This document shows, one piece after another, positions 26,787 to 39,789 of a stretch of DNA of 64,000 nt. Below the pieces are notes generated by a model. That model was not told the origin of the DNA. It made no database searches and saw only the letters and a list, made by a program, of their open reading frames with translations. The translations under genes and the position numbers were made by a program. The first letter of the stretch is position 1, and every line of letters starts with the position of its first letter. The DNA comes from Eledone cirrhosa (taxonomy: Eukaryota), in contig OZ024743.1 in NCBI GenBank assembly GCA_964016885.1, positions 143,964,001 through 144,028,000 of the forward strand, given 5' to 3'.

Positions 26787-27845
26787 GTAAGTAACCATTT
26801 TATATGACATACATCTAGTACAAATATGGTATTTCTTACATTAGCACAGAAGTACACATATACAGTATAAAGGAAATTAGATTAACTTGGTAGTTATTTG
26901 TTTGACATGTAAAGAGTAGTAGGGTAATGTACCTTATTTTAAAACAAGGGTTGGCATCCAACCATAGAAAAGCCTTGTCCACTTATGCAACTAGGCTTGT
27001 CTCTAGGCTTTGATGGTGGAGGCAGAGGAAGGGGGCAACTACAGAACATTGGGGGGGGGGGGGGGGGGGCTCTCTAATTAGAAATAATTCTAAGGCAGTT
27101 TCAGAACAAGCATATCACTAATATTTTCTCAATCTTTGGTTGCACCATTGAACAGTGTGTGTGGGTGGATGGGTTTGTGGGGGGTGGGGTGGGGGGGAAT
27201 GGGGGGGGGGGCAGTTCCTTAGTGCCCTTGATCCCAACCCCAGCAATGGGCTTGAATTAAACCCATGCCAGTATGGAAATAGCAAACCTAATAACAGTGG
27301 TGGTGGAGGAACAAAAGTTATTCTACCATCCATACCAAGCCTCTCTCTCTCTTATTGTCCTGTGTATAGTTACAATAGATTCTGTTTATATTCACAATTT
27401 CTTTGTAACTCCAAACATCTATCTATGCATCTGATACATGCTATTTATAAATGTTAGTGTGTGTGTGTGCCAGAGAGAGAGAGAGTCTGTGTGTATGTGT
27501 GTGTTTGTATGTGTGTATGTGCATGTATATATATGTCTTCAGCCATGATCATATATTATAAGAAAACAGATAAAAACCCAGCAAGTACATCATGGAAGAA
27601 TCATTTTAACCATTTAGAAACACAAAAATTGCTAAATTCACTTTACCTTTATCATTTAGAAATAAATAAATGATAAATGTAAAAAGATTTTAACAATGTT
27701 GTGCCTTCTAAATGGCTACAATGACTTTTTATGATGTAATTGTTTTATATACAGTCTGACATCAAGCCACCTGCCACACAAGTACAACTCTAAAAAAAAA
27801 AAATTACCTTACACCACCAATTTCCTTCATTTCCTACATTTACAG

Positions 27846-27944
27846 ATAACATCAAAGCATAGGAAATCAATGACATTATCAATGGATGATACAATATATC
27901 CAAAAGCAACTAGTAGAAATATGTTTATTTCTAACAAACAAAAG
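27846..27944 (+). CDS. Candidate 99 bp internal exon of the host gene, ITSKHRKSMTLSMDDTIYPKATSRNMFISNKQK
   Basis: Acceptor TTCCTTCATTTCCTACATTTACAG, donor AAG|GTAAGC, open in phase 0/0, in non-repetitive sequence. Confidence 0.55.
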
Positions 27945-28004
27945 GTAAGCCTCGCTAATGACTACTTGTTCTTCAAAGTTTCAAACTGATTTGTAATCTT
28001 TTGA

Positions 28005-28230
28005 ACATGCTAGCCCAGTATTCTGGTTTAAGCAGTAATTGATTATATTCTACCAGCCCAATATTTTGATCTCAAAAATGTTTGACTATATCCTACCAGC
28101 TTAGTATGTTCAACTATATCCAAACAACTCTGTATTTTGGTCTCAAAGATATTTGACTATAATCTGCCAGCCTGGTATTTTATTTGCAACAATGTTTGAC
28201 TATATCTTACTTTCCAGAGGTATTCTGATT
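28005..28230. repeat. ~40 bp degenerate minisatellite, left part
   Basis: Unit like ATGTTTGACTATATCCTACCAGCCTGGTATTCTGGTCCCAACA; the array continues after the CR1-like insertion. Confidence 0.75.
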
Positions 28231-29240
28231 ATAACAACAATAATAATGAAAATTATTGTGTACAGTGCTCAGGTACACTGCAACTCATCAAATGTGGATG
28301 TATAGTACATAGAATAATGTACAAATGTTAGGAAAGTGAACTGCGCATGAGTCATGACAGACACACATGCATGTGTGTGAAGAGGGAATATCAGGTGTAG
28401 TGTTGGCAAATTTCAGGAACCATGGAAGTTTTGAAGGATGCAGTGTCCCGATGTAGGTAATTTGTTCCATGCTTCAGCAACTCTGAGTGTGAAAAAATGT
28501 TTCCAAAAGTATGGAAGCTGTACTTTTTTTTTTTGATTTTGTAAGCATGTCCATGGGTGTTAGACAGATGGAATTCAAAAAGGGTTGTTGTTGGAAAGAT
28601 GGTTAATAATCTTGTGGATGTCTACCAAGTCAGTTGCCAGATGTCGGGGCTTTAATCTATCCATGCCCAGGGAAGCAAGGCATTCAGAGTATGGTAGATG
28701 CCTGATGGGGGGTATTCGTCTGGTTGAATGTCTCTGAACAGTTTCCAGGAGATCAATATTCCGAACAAGATAGGGGTTCCACTCTGGTATGCAAATTCTA
28801 AGTGTGGATGTACCATAGCTATATACAGCTTTAAGTAGATAGCTGGAGAGTGGCTGACAAAGGTCTTACTGAGTGATGCTAAGATATCCTGGGGCTTCTT
28901 GACAATTTGTCCAATGCAAATCGCTGTTGACAATAATGCCCAGGTCACATTCACAAGAAGACTCCTTGAGATTGGTGTTGTGGAGGAAGTATGTAAACAC
29001 TGGGTTTTCCCTCCCAAATGCATGGTGGTACACTTGTCCACAGCCAGCTTGAGTTGCCAGTCTGTAACCCATTGCTGCATTGTGTCCAGGTCTGATTTCA
29101 GGAAAGATCTATAATGTAGAGGATCTGTCCTTTTTACTTCTAGGTACAGCTTGATGTCACCTGCGTATTTCAGCACTGTGGCCTTCTTTAAGTTGGCATC
29201 TATATCATTAATATATGCAAAACAAACAAAAGGGAACCAA
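28231..29240 (-). mobile_element. 5'-truncated CR1/Jockey-group LINE
   Basis: AYINDI..LKYAGDIKLY, LKSDLDTMQQWVTDWQLKLAVDKC, DLGIIVNSDL and LYIAMVHPHLEFA; simple-repeat tail at 28231-28247. Confidence 0.85.
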
Positions 29241-29249
29241 GAATGGATT

Positions 29250-29582
29250 CAATGTTTAACTATATCCTACCAACCCTGTATTTTACTTCTATGTTCAACA
29301 ATATCTTACCTGCCCAGTATTCTAGTCCCAACTATGTTTGACTATATCTCACGTGTCAGGTATTCTGATCCCAACAATATTTTACTATATCCTCTTAGCC
29401 TGGTAGTCTAGTCCTGATAATGTTTAAATATAAACCACTATCCCAAATAATCTGGTCCTATCTATGTTTAACTATATCCTGTTAATCTGGTATTCTGGTC
29501 CTGATAATGTCTAAATATATCTCACCATCCCAAATATTCTGGTTCTATCTATGTTTGATTATATTTCACCTGCCTGGTATTC
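29250..29582. repeat. ~40 bp degenerate minisatellite, right part
   Basis: Same unit as 28005-28230, about 8 units. Confidence 0.8.
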
Positions 29583-29911
29583 CATTGTGCCACATACTGT
29601 TCACTACTGTTATTTCCATCACATGATTATTTTGTAATGCTGTTTTATCCTGAGATCTTCAAGAAGCCATCATGATTTTTGTCAAGTTTGTACATTTATT
29701 ATTTTTATTTCAGGTTTAATTGACAAAATACCCTATTTTTTCAGTGATTTTTGTGTGGATGCCCAAGTGTCGGACTGCACACATGGCAGGGGTTCAGGAT
29801 TCAAAGGGTTATGAAATGTATTTAGATGTTTTGTAAAAGTCCCACTCTTTGAAAAGTATTTATTCTATGTTTGCCCTGTCTTTGTTTTTGTATTATTATA
29901 TCTTCTCTGTA

Positions 29912-30097
29912 GTGGTGGATTAGCAGTATTGGTAGATGATTAGATGCCATGCTTTGCAGCATAGAGTTACAGCCCTTTATATTCTGAGTTCAAATCCTGC
30001 CAAGGTTAACTTTGCCTTTCATCCTGATAGGGTCGATAAAATAAAGCACCAGTAATGCACTGGAGTAATTGCTGGCCTTGTGCCAAACGTAGAAACA
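29912..30097 (+). mobile_element. SINE family A with 19 bp TSD
   Basis: A-box TAGCAGTATTGG, B-box GAGTTCAAATCC; TSD ATTATTATATCTT(C/T)TCTGT at 29892-29910 and 30098-30116. Confidence 0.9.
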
Positions 30098-30361
30098 ATT
30101 ATTATATCTTTTCTGTTGGCGTCTCATATTTTACATGATACATATTCAAGATTTTACGTGGACACATGCATACACTCATTGGATAAGGTTCACATAACCA
30201 GTCAAAATATTTGATAAAACCTAAATTTATTTAATGTAATAAATATAAAAATATAATAAATATAAAAATAATATAATAAATATAAAAATCTGCCAGATTA
30301 AAGAGAAAAGAATCTTTAAATGTACTCTTGAACTTTTTCATTTTTCCATTTTACCTATATA

Positions 30362-30424
<63 letters not shown>

Positions 30425-30702
30425 GTGTGTGTATTGATGGATTCATAATCAAGTTTTGCCAAGCCCAACTGGATGAATTAGGCTTTGGCTTCAATGAAAC
30501 TCAAATACCAGCAAACCAAAATACATGTAATAAACAAGACACTGCTACTTGCATAGAGTCAGTAAATGTTTGTTATATTTGTGCTTATATATATGTACCA
30601 GATGCACAGGGACAGTTGGTAGTTGGAGCATCAGTGAAATAAACTTTTCTCAATCCTATGAAAGATCCATAGAGGTAGTTGATAGCTTCTGTTACCCAAA
30701 TT

Positions 30703-31438
30703 AGCAGTGGAGGAGGTTGCTCTGAGAGAAAGTAGCTAGAATAAGAACAGGATAGAAAAAGCTACTACTTCTGTTGACAACAAAAGGTTTATTTCTACAA
30801 AAGAAAAGCCAGCTGTTTGATGTATGTGTGCAATGCACAATGCTGCATGGTAGTAAGTCAAGGGTAGTAAATGCTGAGGATATGCAAAGCATAAATGAAT
30901 TGAGAGAGAGATTCAGTATAAGAGAAATCAAATGCTGTGTGCAAGAGAGGCGGTTGCATTGGTATGGACATGTGATGCGTATGAAGGATGACAGCTGCAT
31001 AAAAAGGTGCTGAGCACTAGAAGTCGATGGAAACCGCGGAGTGGGGAGACCCAAGAAGACCTGGGATGAGGTGATAAAAGCCGACCTTACCCAATTATAC
31101 CTCTCAAAGGCGATGACACACGACCGTGACCTCTGGCGTCACGCAGTTATACAGAAGACCCGACCCCCACGGGTACAAGCCGAATCTGAAGCATATAGAG
31201 AATATGCCCCCACACCCTCCCACTGCAAAGTGGTTGTGGAGGTGCCACGGCAAAAAAGCACCCAGCCCACACTGTAAATGAGGTTGGTGTTAGGAAGGGC
31301 ATCCAGCTGTAGAAATCAAGCCAGAATCTGTTCCAGTATGAGCAATACAAGGTCAGCCGACCGGACACTGCCCACAACAGGACAACCCATCTAACCCATG
31401 CTAGCATGGAAGAACAGACGTAAAACGGTGATGATGAT
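30703..31438 (+). mobile_element. RTE-clade LINE 3' fragment with internal deletions
   Basis: ERRLHWYGHVMRMKDDSCIKRC and GRPKKTWDEVIK; tail GACGTAAAACGGTGATGATG. Confidence 0.9.
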
Positions 31439-31442
31439 ACAA

Positions 31443-31775
31443 AGGGTGGAGAGAAATGAAGCAAGCATGTTTTGGTGGATGTGCAATGTTAATATGTAAG
31501 AAAGACAAAGCATAGATGAGCTGAGAGAAAACTTGGTTATAAGAGGAATCAAATGTAGTGTGCAGGAGAGAAGACTGTGTTGGTGTGTACGTTTGATGCA
31601 TATGGATAACAATTGATTGTTGGGTGAAGAAGTGCCAAGATATCCCAGTGGAAGGAAGCTGCAGCAGAAAAAGAGAAAGTCTTCGGAAAACTTGGGTGGA
31701 TGTTGTGAGAGCTGATCTCAAATCACTGAAGCTCACAAGCATAGAAAAACTGACATAAAACGATGATGATGATGA
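31443..31775 (+). mobile_element. RTE-clade LINE 3' fragment
   Basis: ERNEASM.WMCNVN region and a (GAT)n tail. Confidence 0.8.
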
Positions 31776-31999
31776 TATATATATATCATCACCATCATCA
31801 TCATCATCACTGTTTAGCATCCATTTCTCCATGCTTGCGTGAGTTAGATAGGCTGCCCACGATAGGAGGCAGGTCTGACCAGAGTTGGCCATGCCGTACC
31901 TTGCTCCGACAAGGACTGTAAATTTGGCCAGGTATTTTACAGATGGATGCCCTTCCTAACACCAACCACATTTACAGTAGTTGTTGCAGTTATGTATCA

Positions 32000-32775
32000 T
32001 ATATTGGTATATATTATACATCAGTAAAACATCTGATTTAGAACTCTCTAATTCAAACAATTTTATTTTATATTAGTTTATATCATTAAAGATGACAGTT
32101 ACTCCAAAGTTTCACCTATTACAGACATAATGTACTCTCGAGCTTTTAAATACATGAAAGTAATTTAGTATAAATGGTGTAGATCTTTATTTGTTGTCTG
32201 TAATACATCAGTGGGGATAAGTCCTCATTAGGTTTCTCTATGAAGAATTTGGATAGGTGTTAGCAAGTCAAAATTAGTTCATTCTTTTTATATAACATTG
32301 AAGTAGGATGGCACATGATGTAGGGCTTTTCTGTGAGGCAGAGGTGGCAGGCTTTCCACTCATAAATGCCTGTACTTTATCTAACACAACATGGGATGCT
32401 TGTGTTCTCATTTTCGTTTCTCAATTTTCAATCTGCTTTGAAAATACTGTGGTGTTTTCCAGATGATGATAACAGAATTTGTTGTACTGATTCAGGTGAT
32501 CCTATACAGCTTGTTGATATGTTGCAGTTGGAGACATCAGCCAAGTATACAATGCTTTTTCTCCAGCTACTTGCTTTTTGAGGGACAAAACTCTATGGTT
32601 TGGTAATTGCATGTTGGTTTAATTTATTCTGTGTTAGGCGATATTTTTGCCTTACTCAAAATGGCTTCATTGGATGATAACACTTATCTTTGTGTTGATG
32701 TTCATTGGTATGTGCTTCATGATGTTGAGTAGATGGCTGGATTGGGACATGAAAGCAGAATGGGTTGCTGTTTAG
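32000..32775 (-). mobile_element. Possible highly decayed Penelope-like element (RT C-terminus toward GIY-YIG)
   Basis: Minus-strand scraps NIMKHIPMNINTKIS..SSNEAI, IIWKTPQY and CNVIYK occur in the order expected for Penelope elements; heavily disrupted. Confidence 0.35.
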
Positions 32776-32783
32776 TTACTTAA

Positions 32784-32997
32784 CCCTTTAGCATTTACAT
32801 TAATTTATATATACTATTATATTTTTGTGCTTTATCTTACATAATTATCTCACATGATATCGAATCTATGAGATTTTGATGTTATTTATTTTGAGAACAA
32901 TACCTTAACATTAGTATGAGTGGCCAGCTATGGTTGGTTTGAATGGAAAGGAGTGAGAGAATTCTGGCCAGATACTGCCAGTTTAAATGCTAAAGGG
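32784..32997. mobile_element. piggyBac-type MITE (family P)
   Basis: TTAA-CCCTTTAGCATTTA at the left and TAAATGCTAAAGGG-TTAA at the right. Confidence 0.9.
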
Positions 32998-33494
32998 TTA
33001 AAGAGCTTATATAATTTTAAGGAAAAAGTAAATGGATCTTTGATGATGTTGATAAGTATTCCAGTTGTTCGATCAACTGAATTGCCTAATGATTGAATTA
33101 CAGTGTAAGTGGCTGAGTATTCCACAGACATATGTATCCTTGTCCATAATCAACAAGCCGGGTCAGTGTAACAAAACCTGGTTCTTTGAATAGTATAGCT
33201 ACAGTTCATACACACATACATACATACACACTTACACACACACATACATACATGATAAATATATATACACACATGCATGCAAATATACATACTTACTTTC
33301 TTACACACACACACACACACTATCAACCAAACAGACAGAGTGACAATAAGCAGCATTTCCAACAAGTAAAAATTAATTCCGTTAATACCAATTATTAATT
33401 TCTTTTGCTTTGGTTTTGTTGCTTTTAGCCAGCCTACCCCCCACCACTCCCTTCTGTCTTCATCCCTCCCTCTTGTCATATTGGGCATTTTTTT

Positions 33495-33780
33495 CTCCTC
33501 CACCTCCTCCTCTTCTTACTCCTATATAACTAACTCCTCCTCCTCCTCCTCCTTCTTCTTCTTCTTCTTCTTCTTCTTCCTCCTCCTCCTTTTCTTCTTC
33601 TTCTTCTTCTTCCTCCTCCTTTTCTTCTTCTTCTTCTTCTTCTTCTTCTTCTTCTTCTTCTCCCGCCTCCTTTTCTTCTTCTTCTTCTTCTTCTTCTTCT
33701 TCTTCTTCTTCTTCTTCTTCTTCTTCTTCTCCCTCCTCCTTTTCTCCTCCTCCTCCTCCTAACCCCCCCTTCTCTTCCCT
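33495..33780. repeat. (CTT)n/(CCT)n compound microsatellite
   Basis: Read directly. Confidence 0.95.
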
Positions 33781-34607
33781 TGCAAATGAAGCTCAGCTTT
33801 GTTATACTGTGGTGTGTGAGCGGTTGGGCTTCTTTAGTAATTTCTTAATGACACAGTGAGCCATAAGGTGTGCTTGCAACACAACTGCAGCTGTTGTCTC
33901 CTGTGTCCACACAGCAATCTATAATATTGCTATTGTTATTATTATTATTTCCTCTATCAACTGAAGTAAGAGGTGAGATATTTACCTTCCATTTGAACTG
34001 GAAACCCCCCCCTTAAATTTCCATTCCCCACCCACTTTTATTTCAAACACAACACCCTATGGTAATTCACTTCTTTTCTACATTTTTATATCTTGTTCAT
34101 ATATTTATACATAATGTATTTTACACTTTTACCTGTTCCAGCCATCTGGCTGAGACCATGCTGGGGCACCGTCCTTGATATGTATACATATATATTTATA
34201 TAGATACTTGCTTAATTATAATTTTACACCTTCTTTTTTCAGATTGTCTACTAATATTCATCCATTGCATATTTATATATATAATCTTTGTGTGTGTATA
34301 TAGAATAATATATGTGTAATTGTGTGCTGTAGATTCCTAAAAACTTTAAGGGTTAAAAAATGAAAGCATGTTATTTATTTATATGTTTTTCTTTTGTCTT
34401 AATTAGAAGAAACGACTGAAAATTATGGGAAATTTAAAAATTAAAATTTGAAGAAAATTTTTTTTGATATCGCGCCACCTAAAATTGTCATTGGTTGTGA
34501 TACAAAACCTCATTTTAATCATTTAGCACCAACCCACCCAAAATCATAAATGTTAAAATTTAAATTCAATTCTTGGACTGAAATCTCATTATTACATGAC
34601 AGATTAA

Positions 34608-34793
34608 GGTGGTAGATTGGTAGTATCGGTAGAGGGTCGGACACCATGCTTTAACGCATAGAGTTACGGCCCTTGCCATTCTGAGTTCAAATCCCGCCGA
34701 GGTTAACTTTGCCTTTCATCCTTACGGGGTCGATAAAACAAAGTACCAGTAATGCACTGGGTATTTGCTGGCCTTGTGCCAAAAGTAGAGACA
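34608..34793 (+). mobile_element. SINE family A with 17 bp TSD
   Basis: TSD ATTATTACATGACAGAT at 34588-34604 and 34794-34810; A and B boxes present. Confidence 0.9.
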
Positions 34794-35993
34794 ATTATTA
34801 CATGACAGATAGTATTAGATTTCAGTAGTTAACTATTTGTCTTTTGTTATTAAATTTCTTATGATTCTTGATAACTTTGTTAATTAAAACACAATGTCAG
34901 TATACTCTTGTTAAAGATAAGGTCACAAAAGGTTTAATATGTTTATATTTAAATTAAGACCCTCTATAAGAAACTTTTGTGTTCCACACATGAGCTTAAT
35001 AACGAAGAAGTTCTTGCTCAATTCCCTTAAATTCTCGATTGATTTCACAATTAATTGAATTTATAGACTTTTGTTAAAAATTTGCTTATGCGACCGTTGC
35101 CTATCACAAAAATTAAGCCCTAAAAGCATTACCTTGATGAAGCTACCACTACAATGCTGCATTGAGTTCTATCAACATTATCTGACCCCACCTTAAGTAG
35201 GTGAATAGTAATTGTATACACTTTTGTTAAAAATTTGCTCATATATGTACACACTCATTACCTCAACTAACTCCATCCCCTTCAAACTATACTGAAACAT
35301 ACCAAGGGAGAAAAAAACTCCATAACCTTTAGACAGTACCTGGGCAAATTCCCCTCACCCCACCCCTCTCACAAAAAAACAACATTTCAGATAACTGGAT
35401 ATGTTTTAGTCAGAAACAACTCCCCCCTTGAGTGGGTTATGATGCCCCAATATATGACTAAGAAGACCTCACCAGGTAGTGCTATGAATTAATGACATGA
35501 AAACCTGCCAGACAGTCCTATGCGAGCAAGACAATCACTCTTGCCTCAAGTGGGAAAACCCCCGTCCAAACCCATGCAAGCGTGGAACACGGACGTTAAA
35601 CGTTGATGATGATGATGATGAATCAATACTGGCGAAAACCTACCAAACCTATGCATACATTTATGCACATTTTGGGTTGCTTTTTAATCCTTTTTGATAC
35701 CAAACCAACCCCTGTTTTATGATACTAAGCCATTTATTTTAAAGTGTTTATGTTTATTTAAAAACCTTTCACCATAATTTTATATGAGAACGTTTATGTT
35801 CCAAACATTAGCTTCATAACGAGAAAATTAGTTATTTCACTAAATCCCTAAAAGTTCTTTAGAAATATGGTAATGAAAGAATAAAGCAGAAAGCTCTTTT
35901 TAATGGGTGAGAAAATTGTACTTATTTTCTCAATGTTAAATTATGAAAAGTCAAAATTGATCCTGCAATTATTTATACTAAAGCTGACATAAT

Positions 35994-36172
35994 TGTTTCT
36001 ACTTTTGGCACAAGGCCAGCAATTACCCAGTGTATTACTGGTACTTTATTTTATCGACCCCGTAAGGATGAAAGGCAAAGTTAACCTCGGCGGGATTTGA
36101 ACTCAGAATGGCAAGGGCCGTAACTCTATGCGTCAAAGCATGGCATCCGACCCTCTACCGATACTGCCAATC
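35994..36172 (-). mobile_element. SINE family A with 11 bp TSD
   Basis: GCTGACATAAT at 35983-35993 and 36173-36183, which reads ATTATGTCAGC on the SINE sense strand. Confidence 0.9.
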
Positions 36173-38083
36173 GCTGACATAATAAACCCTAACCCTAACC
36201 ATTAATTGAATAAGATGTATTGAAACAGCTGTAAAGCTATTAAATGGTTTAAAGAAATCAATTCTTGTCATCTCATATGCTCTATGTTATTATATATCTC
36301 TTAATTCTTCTATTCTTTAAATAATATCTCTTCTGAATTTCTGGGTATATATGGGACTGCTAAATACTTACACATTTGTGAGTACAAATAAATGAAAAGA
36401 GTAATCAATACATACCGTGGAAGATGAAGATATTTATATTAACAGTTTGACTTATTTATGCATCACCAGTGGTTTCATTACTCCTCAGATGTATTCTGGA
36501 TAAATCTTATTCAGACTGATATACAAATCTGTATATTGATATTATAAGGTGGCGAATTGGCAGTCATTAGAACATTGGATAGAATGCTTCAAGGTATTCA
36601 TTCTGACTCTCTGCACTCTGAGATCAAATCCGGCCGAGGTCACCTTTGCCTTTCATTCTTTCGAGGTCGATAATAAAAAGTACCAGTCTAGTACTGGGTC
36701 GTTTCTTCCTCTCTCTGGAAGAAATCTGCTGTACTCAGGCCTAGAGAGGGATGGGCTCTGCCAAGCTTCAAATGCCCAAGAAATGCTGTGTCAATACAGC
36801 ACCCCTACACTCTATCATACATTACTTGATATTAATATTGAGTTGTAGATTTATGGATTTATAAACTACCACAAAATATATCTAATGTGGTGGCATAAAT
36901 GCCCATCCCATCTTTACCAAAGCTAATGAAGTAATGTCTCTTAAGAAAACAAAAACTCCTCACCGTTATCTTTGAAGATGATTGAGGAGGTTTAGCAGAT
37001 ATATTGAGCAGATCAAAGTATCTCCTCTACTCCCTGTTATTTCTCCTTAACTCTTTAGACATCAAACTGCCTGAAACCACCTCTGGTACTATGATACAAA
37101 ACTCTTTGTTTTAACAAATTTATATTTATCCAAAATAAACTTTCCATCATAATTTTACGTAAGGGCTTATATGTTCCAAATAGCAGATAATAAGGAAAAA
37201 GTTATTTCCCTCAATCTGTTCAAATTCTTCATTATTTTAAAAATGATTTGAAAATCACAGGCCATGTATTTTGTGAGGAATATAGTAATGAAATGGTTTT
37301 AAATAGTCCTTAATTTTCTGATGTGAACTGTAAATTCAACTTTAATATTTGTTATATTAAATGTGAAAATTTGCAACTTTTTTGTATTTATTACTCATCC
37401 TCCATTCTCCCTTTCTTATTCTTTATGTATCTATGGTAAATACACACACACACACACACACATGCATGAATGTTCTCATTCTCACTCTCACACACACACT
37501 CATTCTCACATACATACACAGAGGTATGCACATATACATTTGAAGTAAAATAATATTGTTTTTTCTTTTCTTTTTTTTGTCAACCCCAACCCACTTCCAT
37601 TGACACCACTATTTCCATCATCACCACTGCCACAACAACCACTATCATTTCCACTGTCAGTACTGCAATAACCACCACCAACATTTCCACAACAACTTTT
37701 ACCACATCCACCATCACCTGTGCTATAACCACCACCAGCTTTGCCACAACAAACACCACCACTTCTACCATGACCAACACCACTACCACCACTTCCTCAA
37801 CCACCACTGTGCCGCTTCAATGCTACTTTCTCTTTCTTTTTCTTCTCCTCCTATACTTTGCTAACCGTAATCCCTCTCTGTATCTACTGTAATTACTGTG
37901 TTGATGGCTCACCTAGGAATTTGATCCGTTTAACAATTAGCAGCCTGTAATGTACCTGAAATATTTCACTGCTTTCAAATTGCAGATAGCTGGTGGATGT
38001 TTGTTAATGTAACAGCCTGCATAACTTTACCTTACAGCCTCATGTCACAGCCTATAGTCTTACCCTCAGTGTCAAATTGATGT

Positions 38084-38139
<56 letters not shown>

Positions 38140-38140
<1 letters not shown>

Positions 38141-38361
38141 GGGTGGTGGAGTGGCAGAATTGTTACAGCATTGGTAGAAATACTTTGCAGTATTTGTTCC
38201 AGGTCTTAACACTCAAGATTCAAATCTCGCTGAAGTCAACTTTGCCTTTCGTCCTTCTGGGGTTGATAAAATAAAATGCTAGTCGATTACTGGGGGCTGA
38301 TGTAATTACCCCCCCCCCCCCCCAAAAAAAAATGACTGGCCTTGTGCCTAAATTAGAAATC
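38140..38361 (+). mobile_element. SINE family A variant embedded in (ATT)n
   Basis: (ATT)n at 38086-38139 upstream; ends GGCCTTGTGCCTAAATTAGAAATC followed by ATTATT. Confidence 0.8.
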
Positions 38362-39114
38362 ATTATTATTATTGTATTATTATCTGATTAGGAAGGATTC
38401 TGTGTTCAAATCCCCCTGAGGTCGTTAGTCTTTCATTTTTGCAAAGGGTCAATGAAGTAAACTACCAGTCAAGTGGTGATGTCAGTTTAATTAACTACCC
38501 AACCCCACAAAAAAAAAAAAAAAGAATTCTGGCCTTGTGCATATTTAAGAACCAATTATTTTTGAAAATCTTGATCATAGAAGAAAATTGGCAATTTTCA
38601 ATAAATATGGATTTAGATTTTTTATTTATTCACCTTCGCATTTGACTTTTCATAATACGTTCTCACTTGTTTACTCTTTCTCACTTCTACCTCAGTTTCT
38701 AACTTATATATTACCAGCTCTGACTCTTCAAGTTTTTCTTCTTTTACAAATCTCCTGTCTGTTTCAAATTGCTTTCATTTCTACTCATTGCCTTCATGCC
38801 AGTGAGAGACCCACTATGTGGTTGCTCAATCTACTAGAAGCTGTACCTAAATCACACTCTGGTCAAACCCTATCATCTTAAATAAGAAAATGCTACATTA
38901 AATTATGTAGTCTTACATATAGTTGTAAACAGACAGAATGGTCATACCTGGAATTACTTTTGATCATGTGCCTCTTCTTTCAGGGTTGACTTCAGACTAA
39001 GCAACAACCAACTCATCCCTATATTTCCCCTCTTCTCACGAAATATTCCCATTATTCTAAGTCAAATAAGTGAAATTTATTTCTACCCAAATCGATCTCT
39101 AGATTGCCATTTTC

Positions 39115-39615
39115 CTTTCACTAAATTGATACCTAAACTGTTGCGACACCCCACTAACATTTGTCCCTAAACTGTCGTGTTCTACCAAATTTTATCCCTA
39201 AACTGTTGTGTTACTTCATTAAAATTGATCCCTAAACTGTTGTGTTCCTTTACCAAATTTGATTCTTAAACTGTTGTGTTACTTCTCCAAAATTGATCCT
39301 GAGACTGTTGTGTCTCTTCTATGCAATTGGTCCCCAAACTGTTGTATTACTTCACCAAAATTGATCCCGAGACTGTTGTGTCTCTTCTATGCAATTGGTC
39401 CCCAAACTGTTGTATTACTTCACCAAAATTGATCCCGAGACTGTTGTGTCTCTTCTATGCAATTGGTCCCCAAACTGTTGTATTACTTCACCAAAATTGA
39501 TCCCGAGACTATCATATTCCTCTTCTGAAATTAGTCCCTAAACTGTTGTATTCCTCTATCAAAATTGACCCATAAATTCTTGTGTTCACCAAAACTGTCA
39601 TGTTCCTTTTTCAAA
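39115..39615. repeat. Minisatellite of ~32-33 bp monomers with a 65 bp dimeric higher-order unit
   Basis: AAATTGATCCCGAGACTGTTGTGTCTCTTCTATGCAATTGGTCCCCAAACTGTTGTATTACTTCACCA occurs about 3 times nearly perfectly, flanked by degenerate monomers. Confidence 0.9.
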
Positions 39616-39789
39616 TTGGGTTGATGGCATCATGTTTGAAAAAGAAACCAAGTGGAATGGCTGTTCTCTTGCCATCTTATCCATGGGTATAGCTGAGATT
39701 TGATGTCCAACCAAGGATTTATTAGAGTTTACTCCCTTCCCATTTATTTATTTATTTTGTCTTACTATAAATTGTGTCCTGAAGTAAAA

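Noticed and set aside
32463-32603. Possible host exon after TTTTCCAG
   Set aside because: The peptide is unrecognisable and the donor weak; the region is better explained as a decayed minus-strand retroelement.
36186-36200. Telomeric CCCTAA repeats
   Set aside because: Only about 2.5 units, too short to call an interstitial telomere.
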